Of a stretch of DNA of 64,000 nt, positions 55,895-64,000 are shown in pieces. Positions within the stretch are counted from its first letter, which is position 1. The number at the start of each line of letters is the position of its first letter. Under the pieces are notes generated by a model. It made no database searches and was not told the origin of the DNA. It saw nothing but the letters and a program-made list of their open reading frames with translations. Made by a program: the position numbers and the translations under genes. The stretch lies in assembly GCF_006345805.1 (NCBI RefSeq), contig NC_043013.1, forward strand, positions 33,480,001-33,544,000, given 5' to 3'. The DNA comes from Octopus sinensis (lineage: Eukaryota).

Positions 55895-56959
55895 ATGGTT
55901 TGGCCAAAATGTCCTTTCGAATTTTTAAGCAAAATTACGACACAAGTTCTAAACGCAAAATAATTTATTCAATCAATGAGATGATATCATTTCGTTTCAG
56001 TATCTTCTGCCATATTTTTGGCAGATTCATTAATCTCTGCTCAAATAATTCCCTGTGCTTATTTGCGAAAAAGATCTCCCAGGTAAACTTTTATATGTAC
56101 GTTTGAGTTGAAGGGCTATCCATATAATGGATCTTGAAAACCCGAAACAGGTGGAAATCCAAAGGCACAAAGTCGGGCGAATATGGAGAGTACAAAACAA
56201 ACTCTCAGCCAAGCCCAAGTAACTTCTACAGTGTACAAAGACGTGTCCAGTCTGGAATTTTTGTAACGAATGACATTGCTTTTGCGATTGGTAATTTCTG
56301 GGCACTTCTTGTGGGGAGCTGCTTTAATTTGACCAGTACGTTAGAGTGCACATCCAAATTGATGGTCTTGTCCGTTGGAAGAAGCTCGTAAAAAGGCAAC
56401 ACCCTTCCAATCCAACCAAACTGAAAGCATAACTTTCTTCGGGTTAAGACGGGCTTTTGCGTTTGTGATGGTTCGCTCCACTTATCCCACGATCATTTGC
56501 GTTTCACCAAGGTGATGCAGTTGGTTTTCTAACATTCGAATTGGATATTTGGGGAATATCTGCGATGTCCCTGCTTCTAACAGAGATTGCTGTCGCTGTT
56601 AATCGCAGTTGACCGATCAGAGTGAAGTGTATCTTCAACCAAAGAATTTCTCTATCCAAATCTTGAAAACTACTTTCGGCAAACACAGTCCTTAACAGTG
56701 AGTTTTCTGCACACACAGCTTATTTTCATGTAGGTTTTCGCTGCTTTCTTGACTTAATAAAATAATATTAAAGCATGGGGTGTCAATAATGCTTTTTTTG
56801 GCTCTCCATTTCATGGGTGGTCCCAAGCACACAAAATACAGCCTGTCTCGTCGCAAGATATCGTCGAATTACGGGAAGAAAAGACTGACATTAGCTACTT
56901 ATTGGAATGCTTGAATTTTAGCGCAGACAAACACCAACCGGACTTTTTGGCTGACCCAA
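55895..56959 (-). mobile_element. Decayed mariner (DD34D-type) element with internal deletions
   Basis: Minus strand: ATG at 56809 (MESQK); VKRK*SW...LNPKKVMLSVWLDWKGV..YELLP..KTIN; PYSPDFVPLDFHLF; LPKIWQKIL; degenerate TIRs ta-ttgggtcagccaaaaagtcc / ta-atggtttggccaaaatgtcc. Confidence 0.88.
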
Positions 56960-57055
56960 TATATTCAATCCATGAAATGCGTTAACCGGTAGATAGGGGT
57001 TTGATATATATATATAACAATATATATATATATATAACAATATATATATATATAT

Positions 57056-57136
<81 letters not shown>

Positions 57137-57925
57137 CATATAAAGAGAGAGAGCGCGGGCGATAGAAGTTGACTAATAAAATTTGTGTATGTTGTAAGGA
57201 ATGAACCCGAATATCAAGCCTGTTAAGTTTTATGTAGTAAATGGATACTGCCTATATAGCTTTCTAACCACTGCTTTTTTTAATAATTTGCCCCTAAGTA
57301 TGTAACTATATTTCCAGCCGTTTATCTGCTTATATATTCTACTTCCAAATATTACATAGCTTTTATATCTTATAAACGTTTTGACTTAAAGTTTTTTTTT
57401 AATAACTTACCTCTAGGTATCTAACAGTTTCCAAGCGTCTGTCAATATATTCTACTTCTAAATATTACAATACTTTCACCGTTTCGTTGGAATCCCTACG
57501 GATAAATTACACGTTATATACATTAGAATAGAAAGGGAATGTCATAGAACAGTTCTATTTTCATTCAGTGTAGCCAATTACACAGTTTAATACTTTACTT
57601 TTTAGAAAGTCCCTGATATAAAACAATGCGAATTAAAAAAAAACATACTGTGGACAGGAATGGGAAATAAAACAATACAACAATGTAACAAACTATAGGA
57701 TATGCTGTGTGTGTTTTGAGGAGAGGCAATTGTGCTGCTTAATCAGAAGAGGTACTGCAACACCATGATATTTTTTCAGGTATCCGCCATCACCTCACCA
57801 TTTGCTGGCTTAGCATCTTCCGTACTTATATACTGAAACTAACAGTGACTGATCAGTTACACTTTAAGCGATAAGAGCAAACAGTGTTGAGTTTAGTGCC
57901 TGCTGGTCTAAATATATGCGATTGA

Positions 57926-58309
57926 GTGGAGGCGCAATAGCCCAGTGGTTAGGGCAGCGGACTCGCGGTCGTAGGATCGCGGTTTCGATTCCCAGACCGG
58001 GCGTTGTGAGTGTTTATTGAGCGAAAACACCTAAAGCTCCACGAGGCTCCGGCAGGGATGGTGGTGATCCCTGCTGTACTCTTTCACCACAACTTTCTCT
58101 CACTCTTACTTCCTGTATCTGTTGTACCTGTATTTCAAAGGGCCGGCCTTGTCACTCTCTGTGTCACGCTGAATATCCCCGAGAACTACGTTAAGGGTAC
58201 ACGTGTCTGTGGAGTGCTCAGCCACTTACACGTTAATTTCACGAGCAGGCTGTTCCGTTGATTCGGATCAACCGGAACCCTCGTCGTCGTAACCGACGGA
58301 GTGCTTCCA
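57926..58309 (+). mobile_element. SINE family C, full-length, flanked by a 96-bp direct duplication
   Basis: A box tagcccagtgg, B box ggtttcgattccc; flanks 57830-57925 and 58310-58405 match with 3 mismatches. Confidence 0.93.
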
Positions 58310-59098
58310 ATACTGAAACTAACGGTGACTGATCAGTTACACTTTAAGCAATAAGAGCAAACAGTGTTGAGTTTAGTGCCTGGTGGTCTAAATATATGCG
58401 ATTGAAGATGTTGACTTGGTGATCTGAATATATATACTACTGGTATACACGCTTTGGTGCACCAAGTATATCCATTGATCTTGGTGAATTCATGATTATA
58501 TTAAAAGCCATTGACCTTCTATGGATGTTGATCTGAAGAATTACAATTCATTTCAGTTCCTTTTACATAACAGTACGATGTAGTAATATCGGAACATTTT
58601 TTTTGCGATGCATATCAATGCAAATGAGAATATTTCGATGTACCTGGTGCTGAAATTACAAATAAACATGCATTTAATGTATAGTTATAAAATTTTAATT
58701 ATATCATTGAATATAGATTTCTCTGTACCTAACTTCAAATATCTCTTTGTCATCAAGGTTGTAGAAATTCAAAATATTCAGTATGTATTTTTTACATATT
58801 CTAGTATTGTTTTTTGGCATTTCGTAGCGTTTCTATTAACAGATCGTGGCACACGAATGCACCAAGGCGTCCAGCTTATGAACCACTGATATTAATCATT
58901 GAAAGCATGGATTTCTCGATCTCAGTATATTCCACTGATCTCAGCGTTTTCTTCATTAGCATATATACATTGACATCACTGGATTGACTTCCATTATTTC
59001 ATATTCAATTGATTTAAGCCGATTGATGTTTCACTAATTTCACCAAATTCTCACAATTATATTTGAATTCTACATTATTATTATTATTATTATTATTA

Positions 59099-59129
<31 letters not shown>

Positions 59130-59131
<2 letters not shown>

Positions 59132-59635
59132 GTAGAATCGATATCAAGCCGTACAAAATTCTTAGCGGCATTTCTTCCAGCTCTTAAAGATTTGTGTTTA
59201 AACTGGTGACACTAACTTTGCTTTTCATCTACTCGGAAAGGATATGATAAAGAATGAATTAAAAAGTATTTGTAATCGACTACTCTCTCTCCATAAAGTA
59301 GCTGGCATTGTACCAAAATGTAAAGCTACTTTACTTGTGAGCTACACTTGTGGTTAATGAAATAAAGATTGATGATTTACCCCTCTGAACCCAGGATTAC
59401 GATTTAGCAACTGTGATTTCATTTGAGTAAACTCTTGAAAGACACATCGCCGAAAGACACATCGAAACAAAAATTCCGGGCCTTGTGTCTAGAGTAGAAA
59501 AGATTCCTTTAAAGCTGTGAGCTGGCCGAATCGTTATCCCGCCCGGTAAAATGCTTAACGACATTGGTATTTCGTCCGACTTTAAATTCCGCCGAGGTCT
59601 TTGACTTTGTGTTTCATCACTTAGCGGTCGAAAGA
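59130..59635 (+). mobile_element. Decayed family-B SINE fragments
   Basis: cttagcggcatttc...actttgcttttcatc; cgggccttgtgtctagagtagaaaag; gagctggccgaatcgtta...aaattccgccgaggtc. Confidence 0.65.
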
Positions 59636-59658
59636 GGAAGAGAGATATCTTCAACCAG

Positions 59659-59932
59659 TGTTGTTTGTTTCTTCTCGTCGAGCCATGCTTGGCTCATGAG
59701 GGCCAGTTTCCTGGTTTCATTAGGACGCCGGTTCGTCTCAGGTTAGCTGCTAGATGAAGGCGAAAAGTGTGAGAGAAAGTTGTGGTGAAAGAATTAGCGG
59801 AAGTTCGCCATTACCTTCTGCTGGAGCTTAGGTGTTTCGCTCAAAAACACACACTCGCACGGTCTGAGATTCGAACACGTGATCCCTCGACTACGAGTCC
59901 GCTGCTCTAACCACTTGGCCATGTGCCTCCAC
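59659..59932 (-). mobile_element. SINE family C variant with alternative 3' tail
   Basis: Minus strand gtggaggcacatggccaagtggttagagcagcggactcgtagtcgagggatc...; tail gagccaagcatggctcgacgagaagaaacaaacaac. Confidence 0.88.
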
Positions 59933-61447
59933 CCTCAAACCAGTAACCTCTTTCAAATACTTGCAGAAGAATGTTCGCTGAAGACAAGCAAGGCGCCAAA
60001 TGTTGAGATCAAGTCGGATGATGGCTTAAGTCTTCCGCTAAATAGGAAAACATGGCGGGCTTTGAACCCACAATGCAAAGGTGCTAATTAATCACTGCAA
60101 GGTTTCCTTTATAGTACTATTACTTTAAATCTCATTTGTTCATTGTCGATGGAAAATTACCTTTGAATAGTACTGTTTAGCTGACCCTTAACAGGCAAGA
60201 ATGAATCCCGGACAGGTTGAAGTTACTGCGTAGAGAATCGAAAGAAATACCACGTGATGTCCTGTCTGCTTACGCCAATTTACGACCTATGACAAAAGAA
60301 GAAAGCCACGGACAAAACCATAAGCCATATGTAATCGATGCGTACAAGTGACTTACCAACACCTCATAATTCAGATTGATATACGAGCTTCAGAAAAACA
60401 TGAACGACACATTTTAACGTTTTCCATGACAAAATCTGAAGCTTTCTACCAATTTAGAAAACAAAATCAATAGGACGTAGATTTAAACAAAAAAAATTGC
60501 AAATTAATAGGCTGCTCCGAGCGATTATTATTATTATTTTTTTTTTCATATTTTAAAAGATAAAATCTACGAGTGATTTTATTTTATATCCTCTGATATC
60601 AGTAAATTTTATTGCAAAAAACTGTTTTCATGCAATTGAAGAAATTGCAAAACTGCTAAATGTGTGCTTTATTTCAAATTTTTCTCTTTTATCCAAGCCA
60701 CATGGGATAATGGCGTCGTTACGAACTGTAATTTATAATTTTATTCTTTCAAGTACTAAACAAAAACAAAACAAAACAAAAAAAAACAGAAATGAAATAT
60801 TTATTTATTTATTCCATTTTATAGCAAAGGTGAGTTGTTGAATTGCGTAAGGCCATTTCACTGAGTAGGAACAATTATACATTTGCTCCAAGGAATGAAT
60901 TGATAAATTGATAAAAGCAGACGACGCCAAGTTTTAGTTATTTTTCCAATTTTTAATTTCTTTTCTTCATTTTACAATTTGATGTTTGCTTGAAATATTT
61001 GTATGTACATTTTTTTTTTATATTTTAAAGAATTTTATAAATGATTTTTATGTTTCATTTATTTACTCTTCTTGCCGTCTTGAAGCATTTGTTTGACATT
61101 GTGTTTATTTAAAGAACTCCCATTTTAAGTTTATCTAATTATAGTATTTCTTTTCGTTGTTTCTACCATGGGATTATTAACGACACATTTGTTTTTGCGC
61201 GTATTTCTCTTGTTTTGTTTGATAAAGTCTCGTTTAAAAGCCACAAAGTGGAGGAGGACGAGAAGGAAGAGGAGAAAGAAGAAATCATTGTCTACGTTAT
61301 CGTCTGCATTGCAACTTCTGTCCTTATATTTCAATTTATCTAATTTTAGTACTGCTGTATTTTTCATTTTATTTATTCGTTTATTTACAAAGAAATATTT
61401 GTGTCCCTTTGGTGTTAAGAATGAACCTCGTTGTGTGTATGTATGTA

Positions 61448-61484
<37 letters not shown>

Positions 61485-62047
61485 GATTACTTGCCAGTGC
61501 ATCATGTATTTTTATTTCGATGTTTTATATTTAAGAAAAAAAAAAAAAAGAAGCAAAAAAGAGCGTCATTAATCTCACAGGTGGAGTGGGATCAAATGTT
61601 ATCTTAATTAGTGCATTTTAAATTGATGAAATTCATACGGGAAACGATATAAGAGAGAAAAAAATCGCGAGCTTTATATCCCTGCGGGGAAAATGTAGTG
61701 TGAAGTGGAAGAAAGTGAAGCACAATCCACACAGGTCTCAGCAAATCCGAAAATATCTACAGGGAAAAATAAAATAAAACTAATATTTTAATGTACAAAC
61801 AAGAATCTTTTTAATTTCTTTCTTTTTTGTTGATATGTGTTTTAATTATAATTTTATGTTTAATTATATTAATATTTGAGATCATTTTTATTGAAATGTT
61901 TTTGATTTGCTCAAATTTTCTGATTGATATTTCCGATTTTCTTTTTGTAACTTAATTACATGATGCAACACGGACAAGGACACTTGCTTCGACTGAAGAA
62001 AAATGATGAATGAAATAAGGCAACATACGACCAGTTGTATACATGTG

Positions 62048-62087
<40 letters not shown>

Positions 62088-62384
62088 GTGTGTGTGTGTG
62101 TGTGTATTCTCTAACCTTAGAATGCTGGTTTGGTGGGAGGTTATCCTGTTTTTTCTCTGGAATTATAAGACAGATGGATTGAGAATTCTGGACGATATCA
62201 TTGCTAGCTTAAGAAGAGCGATCCGGTGAAAAATTTTATTGAAGTCACCACTCAATGCTACTACAAACAGCCATGAGCTTGTAACTTGCTTGGGAAAGTA
62301 GGCGCTGGGTGTAGAAGAGATACATTAGTAACTGATTAGCTTACAAAGGTAGTTGTCCATTTTTTAAGTTTGTGCTGTTCTCGT

Positions 62385-62658
62385 TGTTTAGCTCCAAGTC
62401 AACCCTGTTAAAGTAGATCTCTGATCGCATGATCTCCAATCAATGACTATCTTACTTGATTTCTGGTATGCAGGGACCGCATTCTCTAAAGTATCTTTTT
62501 TTGAAAGCTGGCTGGGTGTGATTTGATGGTGTTTAGTACTATTGCAATAGATATGCACTAATATCTGTTGATCAGTTGTGCTCAGTTATTGTTGATCATT
62601 TTAGCCCTGGTCATCATTGATTGAGCAGATCTCTATTAAAGCCTTTACAACCATAACC

Positions 62659-62697
<39 letters not shown>

Positions 62698-62800
62698 TGT
62701 ATTTTCTACGAGGTACAAACAAACTTCTTTGCTGTAATTTAAAGAGGTTTGGAAGCTATTTCTAGCAGATCAGACGACTACGTAAAGATTCACTTCTTGA
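62385..62800 (+). repeat. Two adjacent copies of old repeat family E
   Basis: tttagctccaagtcaaccctg...agatctctgatc and tttagccctggtcatcattgattgagcagatctct. Confidence 0.5.
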
Positions 62801-63139
62801 CTATATATTTTTTTTAAATCGTTACTTTATATAAAAAGTTTTCTGAGTTATTTAATCACAGCATTTTACGTACTGAGTCCAAAATTACCCTGAGCTCAAT
62901 TTTAGCGCTAATTTCAATAGAAAAAGTGCTCGTAAAATAATGGAATCATCGTAAATTATTATGTGCATCCTTCAAATTTTACGTTCTGTGCTCATGTCCG
63001 AAATCAATATTTGAATGTAAATTATTGCTGAGAAACGGAAGCTTTGGATAAGATATTTTGTCGACAGAATATTTTGCTGATCTCCTGAATTTGACCACAA
63101 TAAAATCTGCTAGATACGGTGTGGATCTCGGGGTGAAAA

Positions 63140-64000
63140 ATAACTTCAGAGGCTGAAGCCACACAGGCGATTAAAGCATTCAAATGGGGTAAAGATGTCG
63201 GGGAGAATTAAAGTCGGCCTGGGATGTTAATGGCCGCAAATAGAGAAGATATTCTCAGACTGACTGGGAAATGTTAGGTGGGTTTGGACCTCTGGAAAGA
63301 CGCCAAAGCAATGGCAATCTGGGTTGTTAATCTCAAGTTTAAAAAAGCGAGACAAGAGAGAATGCTTTCTTTATAGAGGAGTTTTGTTTCTTCCCCTTTG
63401 TAAAATCTACGCTAGCTCTCTGGAAAAGTGATGTAGGGATATTTTGTCAAGTTCGAAAAAGAGGAAAAGTGTGACTTCCACCCTGGAGGAAACCTCGCTA
63501 AGCAAATACTCAATTTACGACGGGTCTTCAAAAACATCATAGAAATATTGCCAAGAAGTGTAAGCTTGTTTAGTAGACCTTGCAAAGACCTATGATCACC
63601 TGAAGATGGACGTGTTGTAGAGGGTTTTGCAGGAGTTTTGAATTAATGGGCAATTTCACGTTGTCATGGCGTCCCTTTACGAATAATCTGGTGTTTGTGT
63701 CGGATTTCGACAGGCATGCGTATTGTCACATCATTTTTATAATTCTTATGAACTGGATTGATATACGATGTGGAAGTGCTATCACAAGCAATGACTGTAG
63801 GATCGATCGGATAATATCTGTAGATGACATGGTGTTACTCGGCTTATCAGAAGGTTGTCTCCAACATGTGCTCAGTGGCTTCGCTAACAAATGCTGTTAA
63901 GCAGGATGAGATTTAGTGTTGCGAAGAAACAGTTATTGTTTCTCGTCTCAAAATCTTCCCAGTATGATCTGTTTGTTAGTGGAACATCACTAGGAGAGGT
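63140..64000 (+). pseudogene. RTE-clade LINE reverse transcriptase, decayed, running off the window end
   Basis: AIKAFKWGK..G, VWTSGKTPKQWQSG, ECFLYRGV, KIYASSLEK, ACLVDLAKTYDHL, GFRQACVLS, ISVDDMVLL (YADD equivalent). Confidence 0.88.

Noticed and set aside
57926-58000. Possible tRNA gene
   Set aside because: Has A/B boxes but no proper acceptor stem, and continues into a SINE body bounded by a TSD

Overview
This is AT-rich, microsatellite-saturated eukaryotic DNA. The repeat repertoire points to a coleoid cephalopod, most likely Octopus (inference). No intact host protein-coding gene can be supported: nearly all listed ORFs are translations of (TA)n, (CA)n, (TAA)n or (TGA)n tracts or of SINE bodies. 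Mobile elements include at least three tRNA-derived SINE families (~25 copies), a TAA-flanked non-autonomous family, three 3' fragments of R4/Dong-type RLE retrotransposons, CR1/L2- and RTE-type LINE remnants, and Penelope-like fragments. A decayed Tc1 element occurs twice inside a ~3.48 kb tandem duplication whose indel pattern suggests an assembly artefact, and there is also a decayed mariner. The most interesting signals are RNA-structural: (1) a minimal hammerhead ribozyme with the rare compensatory G3-C8 core inside a microsatellite-embedded element; (2) a hammerhead split by a SINE inserted in loop II; (3) a Penelope 3' end with an internal tRNA-like Pol III module, a hammerhead remnant and an inverted terminal copy that starts at the predicted cleavage site. 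Also notable are a SINE with a 96-bp target-site duplication and a 74-bp-arm hairpin. Family assignments come from motif recognition by eye, and boundaries of decayed elements are approximate.
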